NCBI RefSeq assembly: GCF_030144855.1
Contig: NC_082720.1
Span: 56,048,001-56,112,000 of the forward strand
DNA: 64,000 nt
Direction: 5' to 3'
Source: Hypanus sabinus
Taxonomy: Eukaryota
The notes below the pieces were generated by a model. It was not told where the DNA came from, made no database searches, and was given only the letters and a program-made list of their open reading frames with translations. A program made the translations under genes and the position numbers. Shown piece after piece: positions 34,688 to 48,195 of this stretch. Numbering within the stretch: position 1 is the stretch's first letter; every line of letters begins with the position of its first letter.

Positions 34688-36160
34688 ACATAGAACATAG
34701 AATAGTATAGCATATTACAGGCCCTTCGGCCCACAATAATGTGCCGACTTTCAAACTCTGCCACACATATAATCCCCCACTTTACATTTCTCCATAATAC
34801 CTGTCCATTAGTCTCTTAAACTTTACTTGTGTATCTGCCTCCACCACTGACTCAGGCTGTGAATTCCACACACCAACCACTCTCTGAGTGAAAAACCTTC
34901 CTCTAATATCCCCATTGAAATTCCCTCCCCTTACCTTAAAGCCATGTCCTCTTGTACTGAGCAGTTGTGCCATGGGGAACAGGCTCTGGCTGTCCACTTT
35001 GTCTGTTCCTCTTAATTTTTTGTACACCTCTATCAAGTCTCCTCTCATCCACCTTATCTCCAAAGTGTAAAGCCCTAGCTCCCTTAATCTCTGATCATAA
35101 TCCATACTCTCTAAACCAGGTAGCATCCTGGTAAATCTCCTCTGTACCTTTCCTATGCTTCCACATCCTTCCTATACTGAGGCGACCAGAACTGGACACA
35201 GTACTCCAAGTGTGGCCTAACTAGAGTTTTATAGAGCTACGTCATTACATCACGTCTCTTAAACTCTATCACTGTACTTATGAAAGCTGACACCACATAA
35301 GCTTTCTGAACTACCCTATCTACCTGTGAGGCAACTTTCAGGGATCTGTGGACATGTATTCCCTGATCCCTCTGCTCCTTTACACGACCAAATATCCTGC
35401 CATTTACTTTGTACTCTGCCTTGGAGTTTGTCCTTCCAAAGTGTACACACTTCTCCGGTTTGAACTCCATCTGCCACTTCTCAGCCCACTTCTGCATCCT
35501 ATCAATGTCTCTCTGCAATCTGTGACAATCCTCTAAACTACCGGCAACACCACCAACGTTTGTATCGTCTGCAAACTTGCCAACCAACCCTTCTACCCCA
35601 ATATCCAGGTCGTTAATTAAAATTACAAAAGGTAGAGGTTCCAGAACAGATACTTGTGGGACACAACTAGTCACAACCCTCCAATCTGAATGTACTCCCT
35701 CCACCACGACACTCTGCCTTCTGCATGCAAGCCAACTCTCAATCCACCTGGCCAAACCTCCCTGGATCCCATGCTTTCTGACTTTCTGAATAAGCCTACC
35801 GTGTGGAATCTTGCCAAATGTCTTACTAAAATCCATGTAGATCACATCCACTGCACTACCCTCTTCTATATGCTGGTCACCTCCTCAAAGAACTCTATCA
35901 GGCTTGTTAGGCCCGATCTGCCCTTCAGAAAGCCATGCTGACTGTCCCTGATCAGACCATGATTCTCTAAATGCCCATAGATCCTATCTCTATGAATCTT
36001 TTTCAACAGCTTTCCCACCACAGACGTAAGGCTCAGGGGTCTATAATCACCTGGACTATCCCTACTACCTTTTTTGAACAAGGAGACAACATTCAACTCG
36101 CTCCAATCCTCCGGTACCATTCCGGTGGACAACGAGGACAAAAAGATCCGACCCAGAGGT
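34688..36160 (-). mobile_element. 5'-truncated CR1 LINE
   Basis: ORFs 34782-36189 (YRPLSLTSVVGKLL, PQVSVLEP, KFADDT, RGDLIEVYK) and a short tandem-repeat tail at ~34690. Confidence 0.9.
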
Positions 36161-36969
36161 TCAAGCAGGCATTTCTCTGTAATAGCCACAACATCATAAT
36201 TCCATGCACTGATTCACACTGGACACCTATTCCTATTACTGATAAATCTTTTCGTATTGAAGTAAAGCCATGCCCACAGACTTACCCTTCCTTTCTGACA
36301 CTCTGCACATTGCTTACTTCTTTACATCATATGGCTCTTCATCTTTTCGAAAACTCTGGCTGCCGCCCTATAGGGAAACTCATTTAAACCTTGCCAACAT
36401 CTCGAGCAAAACTGCCTGCAAAGCCATCCCTCTCGAACTCAGCTGTAACCAGTCCCTCTTGTACAGGTCATACCAAACACAGAAGAGATCCCAACGTTCC
36501 ACAATTCTGAAAACCTGTCACTTCCACCAACTATTCAACCACGTATTCAACTGCCAGAACCTCCCGTTCTTCACCTCACTAGCGCGTGACACACACACAT
36601 CAATCCAGAGATTGCTACATTTGAGGTTCTGCTTTATAACTTCATACTAATCCACTAAATTTGTTCTTCAGGACCTCAGCCTATTTCCCATCTATGCCGC
36701 TTCACCATGTACGCTGTTGTAGCCTCCATCAGGTTGGGCCCCTGTGGCTTTGCCTGTAGGTTTCCTCTTCCAGCAGTATCAAGGACAGTATACTTGTTAT
36801 TACAATATTTATGCTTTAGCTTCACGCTTCTCTCTTCCGTCCATATTCACCAAATTTTATATTACACCTTTGCCCATCTGTTTGTCAAATTGTCCATTAC
36901 TGCTATCAACCTTGTTAACCTCAGTTACTAGTTGTGGTAGTTTCCATTGTCTATTCGTATGCAGTTCCC

Positions 36970-37132
36970 NNNNNNNNNNNNNNNNNNNNNNNNNNNNNNN
37001 NNNNNNNNNNNNNNNNNNNNNNNNNNNNNNNNNNNNNNNNNNNNNNNNNNNNNNNNNNNNNNNNNNNNNNNNNNNNNNNNNNNNNNNNNNNNNNNNNNNN
37101 NNNNNNNNNNNNNNNNNNNNNNNNNNNNNNNN
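36970..37132. other. Assembly gap (N run)
   Basis: Run of n. Confidence 0.99.
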
Positions 37133-37679
37133 CTCTACATATAAACATATTTTCTCCTTTCGTAATCAGTTAAATTATCTAATCTTTATAGGGCCCTTGA
37201 CCTTGCTGCTGCTTCGGCTCACTTCTATAGACTCTGCGACTGTGCTCCAAGTAAAGCTAGTTGCAAGAAATCTAGTTGTGTCTTCCCTCATCTCTTCTGG
37301 TTCCTCGCGTAGGTTACGAATCTGATCTTCTGTCCATTGCAATCCTGTTGTTTTTGGCATATCCGTAGATTACTTGCCGATTGTTCTTTCAATTGTCTGC
37401 TAAGGAAATGTCTTGCTTTAGTTTAGTCCTCAGATTTATTTCTTGTGTTATCTTGAATTTCCTTTACTCCATTAACACCCCTTTTTTTCTTACCTGCTTA
37501 TAGCTGCTGGGCATCTCCTATGTTTCCTCATCCATGACCTCAATATCTCTTGAAAAGCAACATTCCCGAAACCTGCTATCTTTACCTTTTTTATTTTGAC
37601 AAAATGATGCAAGCTTTGTACTCCCAATAGTTCACTTTTGAAGTCTCACATTTACGAATCTACATTGAAGAAATCCAAA

Positions 37680-38915
37680 GGTGAATATAGGGCCGAGGGT
37701 GTTAGGATTAACTTACAGCACAGTTGCAGATTGGCAGATATGATGTTGTAGGCATCACCGAATCATAGCTGAAAGAAGACTGCAGTGATAGTTAATGTTC
37801 AGGGATACACAATGTATCAACAGGACAGGCAGGAAGGCAGAAGTGACGGCGTTGCTCTACTGCTGGTGTCGGAAGCCCTTGAATTATTATGAATAGAGCT
37901 AACGAACTGCAAAGGTAAAATAACTTGATGGGAGTTGTGTATAGTCCCCTCTCCCCAACCAGATTGAAAGGCGTGTCCTACAAATTACAACGAGAGATAG
38001 TAAATCATGCTAAAATGGAAATGTTTCAATAGTGATGGGATACATCAACATGCAGGTCGATTGGGAAAATGAAACTAGTGCGGGATTCCAGGACGGGGCA
38101 TTCCAGAGTTCCTCGTGATTGGGCCCACTGGGGAATCAGCTATTCTGGATTTGGTGAAGTGCAAAGAACTAGAATTGATTAGAGGACTTAAGGTGAAAGA
38201 TCCCTTTGGGGAAAGTTATCATAATATCTTCTAATTCACCTGAAATTTCAGAAGGAGAAGCTAAAGTCAGATATGTCAGTATCCCAATAGAGAAAAGGGA
38301 AACAGAGAGACATGAGAAGTGCTGGCCAGAATTGATTGGAAAAGAACACTGGTGGAGATGATGGCAGAGCAGCAATGGCTGGAATTCCTGGAAACAATTC
38401 AGTAGGATATATACATCCCAAAGAGGAAATAGTAATTGAAAGGAAAGAAGATACAATCGTGGCTAACAAGAAATAAAAAAAAATAACATCAAGGCCTAAG
38501 AGAGGACATATTTTAGAGCAAAGATTAGTGGGAAGTGGTGGGATTATAAAATTATATCAAAGAGGATACCGGCAGTTTCTTCAGATACATAAAGTGTTAA
38601 AGAGAGGTGAGAGTGTATATCGGACTGCTGGAAAACAATGCTGGAGAGGTAGTAATGGGGAACAACGAAATGACAGGACTGAATACGTATTTTACATCCG
38701 AATTCACTGTGGAAGACGTTAGCAATATGCTGGAAGTTCCAGGTGTGAAGGTTATAAAGTTTGTGAAGTTATCAAAGTGAAGGAGCAGGTGTTGGGAAAC
38801 TGAAAAGTCTGAAGTTACTGGACCAGATGCTGCACATCCAAGGGTTCTGGAAGTGATAGTTGAAGAGACCGTAGAGGCATTATTAATGATCCTTCACGAA
38901 TCAATAGTTTCTAGA
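37680..38915 (+). mobile_element. Degenerate CR1 LINE ORF2 5' part
   Basis: Endonuclease-like remnants (gtaggcatcaccgaatca, gctattctggatttggtg, cataat) homologous to 19600-20500. Confidence 0.6.
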
Positions 38916-38919
38916 ATTA

Positions 38920-40450
38920 CTTCTCTGTATTTCCATGTGCGCTTAACTTGCTAAGCAGCCTCATGTACGGCACCTTGTCAAAGGCCTTCTAAAATTCCAA
39001 GTCCACCACCTCTACTGCATCTGCTTCGTCTACCTTGCTTTTAATTTCCTCAAAGAATTGTTGTAGGTTTATCAGGCAGCATTTTCCTTCGAGGAAACCA
39101 TGCTAGCTTTGGTCTTTTTTGTGATGTGCCTCCAGGTTCTCCCTCGTTTCATCGCTAACAATCGATTCCAACAACTTCAAAACCTTTGATGTCATGCTAA
39201 CATGTCTATAGTTTCCATTTTTGCTGTCTCCCAACATTATTGAACAGCGGAGTAATATTTACAATTTTCCAGTCACCCGGCACGATGCCAGAACCAATCG
39301 ATTCTTGAAAGGTCATCGTTAATGTCTCTGCAATCGCTCCAGCTACTTCCTTCAGAACCCGAGGGTGCATTCCATTAGGTCGAGGAGGCATATCCACCCT
39401 CATACCACTCATCTTGCTGAGCACATTCTCAGTCGTAATTTTCACTGCACAAACTTCACTTCCCTGACACTCTCGAATGTCCGGTATACTACAGACGTTT
39501 TCCACTGTGCAGACTTATTCGATTTCAATTCCTCTGCGATCTCTGCATTTCTCAGTACAATATCTCTAGCGTCATTTTGTATTGGTCCTCTATTTATTTT
39601 CGAATCATTTTTATCGTTTTTATACCGAAAAATAAACTTTGAGTATTTTCTTTACTATTATTCGCAAGCATCATCTCGTAATTCATCTTTCCGGTCCCAA
39701 TGTCCTTCTTAGTTTCCTTCTGCTAGTTTTTTCCTGCTCCCCAATCCTTCACCTTCCCTCTAGATCTGGCTTCCATGTACACCCTCTCTTTTGACTTTAC
39801 TTTGGCTCTGACTTCACTTGTCGGCCACGGTAGTGTCCTTCTTTCCTTTGATAATTTCTTCTTATTTGGAATATATCTGTCTTGCACTTCCCTCATTTTT
39901 CGCAGAATCTCCTGCCATTGTTGCTCTGCTGTCCTTCCTGGAAATGTCCCTTTCCAGTCTACTTTGGGGAGTTACCCTCTCCCGCCATTGCAATTCCCTT
40001 TATCCCACTGAAATAGGGACAATCTGGATTTTATTCATTCCTTCTCAAATTTCTACGTGAACTCGATCATATTGCGATCACTGTTCCCTAAGGGTTGCTT
40101 AACCTTAAGCTCTCGTATCTCCTCCGGATCATTGCACAACGCACAAACAACACCAAACTGTTCTAAAAGCCATCCCTTAGACATTCTGTAAACTCTCTCT
40201 TGAGGTCCAGTACTGACCTAATTTTCCCAATCCATATTCATGTTAAAATCCTCAACGCTTATTATGACATTGCCTTTCTGACACGCCTTTTTTTTATCTC
40301 CTGCTGTAATTTGTAATCCATACCCCGGCTGTTGTTTGGAGGTCTGTATACAACTGCCATTCGGGTCTTTTTACGCTTTCCATTTCTTAACCCAACCTAT
40401 AGAGACTCTACAACTTCCAATCCTATGTCATCTATTTCTTCTGATTTAAT
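38920..40450 (-). mobile_element. Degenerate CR1 LINE fragment
   Basis: ORF 39206-39505 with PRPNGMHPRVLKEVAGAI and VPGDWKIVNITPLF. Confidence 0.75.
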
Positions 40451-41676
40451 ATTATGTTGACAACATTCAAAAGATGTGTGGTGAAGAGCATAAGAACTGG
40501 TTACATAGCGGCCTGGTATGGAAATTCCAATGCAGTTGAACTGAAAATCCTACAGAAACTACTGGATACGCGCCAGTCCTTCACGAGCAAAGACCTCTGC
40601 AGCACTAAGCACGCATACATGGAGCACTGTCGCAGGAAAGCACCCACTATCAGGGACACGCACCATCCGGGATATGCTTTCTTTTCGCTGCTGCCATGAG
40701 GAACATGGTAGAGGAGCTTGAGGGTCCTCGTTACCGGTCTGAGGGAAAGTTATTAGCCCTCAAACATGGTTTCTGAACCAGTGGGATAACTTCACTCAAA
40801 TTGAGTCGGTCCATCACTGAACTGTTGCCACAACTTATGGAATCACATTCATGGCAGGTAGTGACGACGTCACTACCTCCTCCCATAGATGCTGTCTGGC
40901 CTGCAGAGTTCTGCCAGCATTTTGTGTTTTTATTTGTATTATATTGCTTGGTTTTACTGATTATCCCCATATGAAAGCAAATGACCAGGTTGTATCTTGT
41001 GACATATATTTATTTTATACTTTGAACTTTTAACGACAGGAAATACCGGAACTGCCCAGCTGATCAGTGGATGGGGAGGGAAATAAAATTGACTGTTTAT
41101 TGGTCGGAAACATTATACTTGTCAGAGGTTTTTCCATTTTGAAGAACTGTGTACTTCAAATATTTTCTGTTTCTAATTAGCTTTGTAGAAATTTCATTTT
41201 CATTTAAGTATTTCAGTTCTTCTGCAAGCGAATATATCCGCAGATGACTGAAATCTTCCATTATCCCCCCATGATAATTTCATAAATTTTTCATGACATT
41301 TAGTCTAGATTTCCTATACTAGAGACTTAATTCCATGCAGTCTTTAACTTCTCAGTCACTGCCCGTTGACTTCTGTTCCTGTTTGACATCACAATATTTA
41401 TTACAGAAAATAAACATTTTCATAATTTACGTTTAAGTTTCATTACTTTTGGAAGAGATGGAAGCAGTCCCAGAGCCAATCGTTCAAAATAAGGATGCAT
41501 GCACATAGCTCTTTTAATATATGCTGTTGCCATTTGTAGGAACGGTTTTATAGCTTTGGTGTAAACTTTGGAACAGAACAAAAACTGCGGATTAAACTGC
41601 GAAGATTCTTGTGTCATTGGGGCCGAAATTACAGTTGTACACCCGTAAACAGTAGACTACCATTCCTGGCGCCGTC

Positions 41677-41780
41677 CAGCTTTAAGAATTTCTGGCGTTA
41701 TTATTGACAAGAACACTTTGTGTCGCTGTACACCAATCAGGATCTCAAGTGCGGCTAGAGATCCATTGGTCTACCCCCAC
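41677..41780 (+). promoter_or_regulatory. PcdhA' promoter module, essentially intact
   Basis: CAGCTTTAAGAA (41677), TGTGTCGCTGTACACCAATCAG identical to A (CGCT 41724), GATCCATTG (41760). ATG is 249 bp downstream. Confidence 0.83.
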
Positions 41781-41972
41781 CAGTGAACGAAAACAGGATT
41801 ATAATGAAAAGACCCGGTATTTTACTTTAGTCTGAGCGACCATTTATTGAAACAGATTGGACCAGTCCGTCATTTCGAGAAGACAAGGTTTGTTAGATAT
41901 TTCAGTCAAGAGTCTCTCGCAAAGTAACCGAAGTAAATTCGTGCTCCTGGAAAAGAAGGCGGCCTCACAACA

Positions 41973-44900
41973 ATGGCAAATGTACAGGGTAAGAAAGCCT
42001 TGCAGTCCCTGGGATTGCCTTTTATTGTGATTATTTGTGCGTTAAATGATACTTTTCCCATTTTCCCGCAAAGCACCGTTGCCTTGCGGATTGTTGAAAA
42101 TATTGCACCCGGCTTTCGTTTACCGCTGGAGACCGCTCTCGATACGGACGTGGGGACAAATGCAGTCACTTCGTACGTTATCAGCCCTAATGAACACTTC
42201 AGTCTGAAAGTGGAGAACGCAGAAGAAGGCATTAAAATTGCAGAGCTATTGTTGGAGAAACTCCTGGACCGCGAGAGGCAGGCATCTTTTCAGCCGAAGT
42301 TGACGGCCGTTGACGGAGGAAAGCCACGGAAATCTGGGACAACTCAGGTTGTAATGAGTGTGCTGGACAGCAACGATAACGCGCCGATTTTCGATCGGAA
42401 GATATACGAAGCCAGCCTGCCAGAAAACACGTCTAAGGGATCCCCAGTGGTTACTGTGCACGCTTCGGATGCAGATATAGGCTTAAACACAGAGGTAACT
42501 TACTCTTTCAGCAATCGTGACTCAAGGAAAGTGCAGGAATTGTTCCTTTTGTATCCGCGGACGGGAGTAATTAGATTATTAGGAGATCTGGACTTCGAAG
42601 AGGCAAACAGTTACACAGTTGGTGTTCAGGCTGTGGACAGAGGTTCACCAGCCATTGCAGGGCATTCTAAAGTCCTAATCAGGATAACTGATGTCAATGA
42701 TAACGACCCGCAAATAGAAGTAAACCTGGTGACGACAAATGTCACAGAGACTGCCGCGCGCGGGACAGTAATCGCAATGATCAATGTGAATGATCGAGAT
42801 TCTGGGGTGAACGGAGAAGTTCACTGCAAGATTCCACCACGTATTCCGTTTAAGTAGCAGGCATCATCGAGCGACCATCATAAAGTAATTGCCAGTGACT
42901 CGTCAGATCGGGAAAATACAGCACTCTATAATATTGCTCTTTTCAGATTCAGATTCAGATTCAGATTCAGTTTATTGTCATTTTGAAACCACAAATGCAA
43001 TGCAGTTAAAAAATGAGACAACGTTCCTTCAGAATGATATCACAAAAGCACATGACAAAACAGACTACACCAGAAAATCCACATAACGTTTGTCAATCCC
43101 CAATCCAGAGACCGGAAAGGCTGCTGCGTATTAATATCACGCTACCATCTTAGCGCATTACCCAGAAAGGAACTCCAACACCACCAGACAAAACAAGATC
43201 AAAAACTAAAGCTACAAGACCTGCACAAGACCACATAGTTACAACATATAGTTACAACAGAGCAAACAATAGCATATTTGATAAAAAAAAAACAGACCAT
43301 GGGTACAGTAAATTATTCCAAAGATGTTAAAAGATTATAAGTTCAAACGAAACCACCACACAGTCTCCACAAGTGCTCAGGTTCCCGATAGACTCTTCAT
43401 CCCACTCAGGTGGCAGAAGGGAATACCCCCGCTATGGACTTCCACGGCGACGCCCGACTCAGCCTCGCAGACACAGCACACACTGAAAGCGACCTGATCG
43501 CAGCGGGCTCCTAGTCAGTCGAACCTCCGAGCCTCCGACCATCCCCTCCGGCACAGCTTCTCCGAGCACCATCCTCTGCCGAGCGTATTAAGACACCCCC
43601 GCCAACGGCCATCGGCAACGCGACCCCGAGGACTGGGCGCCTGTTCTTCCCAGCAGATATCCGGACCTCACAGCAGCAGCAGCAACGAAGAAAGTCTTCC
43701 TGGAGATATCCAGATGTTTCGTGCTCCCACGTCCGTTTTTCATCCGATTATGATTGCGCCCGGCACTCTGCTTCACAAATAACAAATAATCAGCTCCGCA
43801 GTGGCCGTAGCAAGCTGCGTCGCGCCGCCATTTTGGACGCCCGACATATTGGATCCTTTCGCCTGTGATTCGCTATCTTCTCTTAGATCAACGAATAAAA
43901 CTATCCAGATATGGGTTTCTGCTGTCAATGACAACGCCCCGAGGTTCGCCCAGTCTTCTTACACAGCTTATGTGATGGAGAACAACGCTCCTGGTGCATT
44001 TACTTTCGCAGCAGCTGCTGTCGATCCTGATTTGGATCAGAACTCTTATGTTTCTTACTCCTTGGTAGAGAGCCTTATCCAGTACTCAGCGGTATCCAGA
44101 TATCTCAACATTAATTCTGTGAATTGTACCATTTATGCGCTGCGCTCTTTGATTATGAGAATATCAGAACGTTCCAGGTCTACGTTCAAGCCCGGGACGC
44201 TAGACTACCCCCACTGAGCAGCACCGCTACGATGAATGTGATCATCTTGGATCAAAATGACAACGCTCCAGTAATTGTCTCACCTTCAGCAGAGAGTGGA
44301 TCAGCAGCTGTGGAGTTCGTGCCGCATTCAGTGGGTCAGGGGTACTTGGTCACCAAGATAATGGCAACTGACGCTGGTTCTGGTAAGAAAGAGTGGTTGT
44401 CCTGTCAGTTGCGGAGATCCATTGATGCTACTTTATTCAATATTGGGCAAAGCTCGGGCGAAATTAGAACAGCTCGTAATATTTTGGAGTCTGATGTCAC
44501 TACACAAACTCTAGTAATTGTGGTGAAGGATAATGGGCAGCCAAGCCTTTCCTGCACGATTACAATTCTCCTTACAGTTACGGACAACATCACTGAAAGA
44601 AGCATTGAAAACAGTACTTTTGTAGCGATGCCCGAAGATTTCTCTGACCTGAACCTTTACTTAATTGTCACTTTCGGCTGCCCTTCCACCCTCTTTGTCA
44701 TCATCATTCTCATGATTGACATCAAATGTAACATGAACAGAAACGTCAGCCAAGACTACAATTCACCCAGTTGTTGCTGCAGACTTGAAAATTCTAACCA
44801 CAACTTTCACCTAAGACATCAAGTGAAGGAATCCTTAAATGACAGTAGAGCAAACTCGTTGGTTTACGTACCGGAGAATCATCATTATTTTGTTTGTTTG

Positions 44901-44993
44901 TCTCCAGAGTCAGCGAAAAGCGATTTCCTGTTTCAAAAGCCGTGCAGCCCGCCGATATCTCAGGCCCAACGTCAATCTATAAATATCCGATAA
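41973..44993 (+). pseudogene. Disrupted duplicate of PcdhA (A')
   Basis: 306-bp in-frame deletion removing EC1 (~42045); TTG>TAG stop at 42855-42857; ~0.9-kb insertion at 42945-43856; 1-nt deletion near 44148; substitutions in conserved motifs (DADSG>DAGSG). Confidence 0.93.
42945..43856 (-). mobile_element. Non-autonomous retroposon (~0.9 kb) inserted in A' EC4
   Basis: Absent from A; flanked by TTTC; (GAATCT)n tail preceded by AATAAA on the minus strand; GC-rich 5' end with AAAATGGCGGC; no RT ORF. Confidence 0.8.
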
Positions 44994-47720
44994 CGATTCC
45001 ACTTCGAATTCTTTTTAAAACTAAGAAATTGGACCAATGTGAAAAATAATTAAAGAGAACCCGAAACAAAGTCCATTGTTTATGAGGCGAAGAAATCGTA
45101 CTTTAATATAAATATTGATTGTAAAGTGCAATATTCAAGGACAACGTTTCGCAATATTTAATCCAGTCATCGCAAACTGGCATGTGTTAACTGATATAGA
45201 AATTCGACGATGAATTTCTGACTCAGATTCACAAGACTTTGTTGTTATATAAGCTGCACCAAGCATGGTGGTCCCATGTAAGTCGTTAATTTTTAATGTG
45301 AATTAAAGTGCTTTTAAATCATTAGCATTTAAAAAAAGCGATTTGTGTGAAGTGCATAACCCAAAATAATATTCCTTATTTACTCAAGAGCCGAACCATT
45401 ACAGAAAGATGTTGCAGATTTGTTGAGCGGAATGGCCCAATTCTGCTCCTATGTCTTATATATTATTGTTTAAACCCATCGTTCCTCGGACGATAATGGG
45501 AATAGTAATGAGACAAGCGAAAAGCACACGAGCCACATCAAATTATAAGCTATGATAAAGGTTATGATGATATATTAAGCCGAAAAACGTGACAAACAAA
45601 CTGGGAGTATTATGAAGAAAAGCAGTTGAAGTAAGACGCCCAGTTATTGACCATATGGATATAAATATCCAAATAGCTTAGGGACAATGTGGTTGATTAG
45701 ATGAAATAAATAATGTCAGCATGGAAGGTGAAGATACAGGAGTATTAAATAAATGCTTTGATTTTGTTTTTACAGTCTCATAGGGTTCAAAACTTCAACC
45801 ACAGCCATATGACCTAGTGAATTCCACGGAATCACCACTCACTAGTTATAGAAATCTCTCGTCATCTATGCTCGATAGGGACGATCCTCAATTCTAAGCC
45901 TGTGTCTCCTTATCCTTGAGTTCCCCACTACAAGAATCAACTCGATCTCGGCCTTTTAATATTCTAAATTGAGTAATCAGATAGAGAGCAAGGGACTCAT
46001 TATTACAATTGATAGACAGGGGGACTGAGATAAAGTTTGTTAATAGCCGAACTCTTGCCTGGAGAAGATGCAAATCTAAGCAAAACATAAGGGCAAATTA
46101 GAGAGAACTAAAATTGCTAAAATAGCGAGTTTCGGAATAGTGCTTTCGGGAAAAGCTGAAATGAAGGAAAATGCTGGTTTTTCTGTGAATGGGTGAAATG
46201 GCGTTCTGGCCTTCTTGTGGACGATATGAAAATAGGTGGACGAGCGGCTACTGATGTGAACCATAGAGTCTGCAGAAGAACTAGACAGATGACAAGAGAG
46301 GGTAAAGAAGTGGCAGATCGAATATAGTGTAATGAACAGTATGATCTTGCAATTTGTTAGAAGGAATAAAGGCATAGACTATTTTACACACGGGCCGAAC
46401 ATTTAGAAATCAGACGTGCAAAGGACTTGGGAATCCTCGTGCAGGATTTCTTAAAGAATATCTTGCAGGTTAAGTCGTTGGTAAAGAAAAAATGTAATAT
46501 TAGCATTCATTTCGAGATACTGGGATATCAGAGCAAAAATGTAATGCTGAGGCCTTATGAATTATTTTCCATCTAGCTCTTAGGGTATTGTGAGCAGATT
46601 TTCTACCCTTGTTCACGAAGATTTCTTTACTGCAGCTTATGAACAAAATACACAATTAAGCAGTGTTCCATGGATATTCCTCTTTTAATCATCAACTGAG
46701 GATAAAATAACTTCTTTGGCAACAAACTTGCCGTGTAACAGCAACGTTCGTAGCGAGTATCATTCGGTAGTTCACAGCTGCTATTGTCCATGTCGACCTT
46801 GTCACTACAAATGCAAACTTAGGAATAGAATCTAAAGACTTATACAATTTCTCAGAAATCAGAAACAACGTGGGAAACAGTATAATTATATTCCCAATTA
46901 TATTGGGCTCGCTATCTGAGAAAAAAAAAATGACGGCCAAAGGGTCCAGGACTAGAAGGGACAGCCTCCAAATAGAAGGAGGCCCTTTTTACAATAGATG
47001 AGGAAATACTCAGGTCCACAATATCAAGAGATTTGGATTTCTATATAGTATGCTAAAGAACAATTGCAAAGTGTAGTATTCGCCATTATTCTAGTTGTTC
47101 TGAAGTGCTGAAGAAGAGCAAGTAGAAATCTCTGTTGTGTTTCTCCAAACTAAATATTTATCCAACCACTAACACCCTTCTCTTTTCCCTGCAAACACCA
47201 ATCTCATGTTTGCCACCGAGCGCGAAATAACACTCTAAATATACTTTGCCAAGCGAGAAGCATTAGATATACGATTTTAACATGCAAATAAAAGTCCTAA
47301 ACACGGGAATAAATTGTGCGCAAATATTCTTTGAATAGAAGTGAACAATGATTTCCATTGCCCGTTAGCAGCATTAGATTACCGAACTAGTCACGCCCGT
47401 GCACTTTTCTCCAACAAACCTTATTTAAATGCCTTATGTAAAACACGAAATTAATTTTAAACTTGATGATATCTATTGCATCATGTTTTCAAAATTTCAA
47501 CTTGCTTACCTGAAATGTTATAATGAAATACTCAAGAATATTTATTTTGAATGGGAATAAGGTTACATTTCCTTAAAAGTAATAATCCATAAAGTAATAA
47601 TGTTGAAATTCAGCTGCGAACAAACTGATATTTATACAGAACATATTTTGTTACTACACTTAAGGGGTTCCAAAATAAGTGTCAGTTTATGCATGCTTTT
47701 TTGCTATGTAATAGAGTAAC

Positions 47721-48195
47721 TGTCGAAGAATGTACCCTGCTTTACCGTATTATATTGTAAGAGAATTCACCACGTTATTAAACAGAAATAAAAAACACGG
47801 TCCTCGGTATAAGGTTAACTCTTTATTACGTGATTTCACGAGCTGTTGGTTTACGACTCTTACGATGCTAGGTTACGTCTAAAATTTATACGGTAAATTT
47901 TGGGCAATAGCCTATATTCACTGAAGTTTAGAATAAACATAGTCAGCGAATTCCAGAAGCACTTGCTAGATATCAATCGATTCACAAATGTTTCCGTGCA
48001 GTACACAAAATTAGAACAGCATTTCCAGATTCAATTCCGCTATAAACCTGTCCCGGCAAAAATGAGGCAAAAATGGTCCATCGCAAGGCAGTGTCCGCGT
48101 CATATCCTGTCACTCTCATGTTCCAAATCTTGGGCAATACTTAGCCACTCAAGCTTGACAACAGCACTGAATTCAAAATTAAATTTTCTTCCCCA
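47721..48195 (-). repeat. ERV 3' LTR, copy 2
   Basis: TGTCGAAGAA...TTCTTCCCCA; minus-strand TATAAA at 47885-47890 and AATAAA at 47822-47827. Confidence 0.87.

Larger units (their letters stand above)
1..39944. repeat. Tandem segmental duplication, unit 1 (PcdhA-ERV-PcdhB cassette; phase set by window start)
   Basis: Position 1 (tgtccctgtccagtcaactttgg) aligns with 39945 (tgtccctttccagtctactttgg). Colinear homology continues through both genes, the ERV and the LINEs; 64000 aligns with ~30444. Confidence 0.93.

Noticed and set aside
42944-42970. Short tandem repeats (CAGATT)n, (GACA)n, (CTATTGT)n, (AAGTTA)n as a possible array system
   Set aside because: Retroelement tails or junction microsatellites; no spacer-repeat structure, and no CRISPR-like array anywhere in the window.
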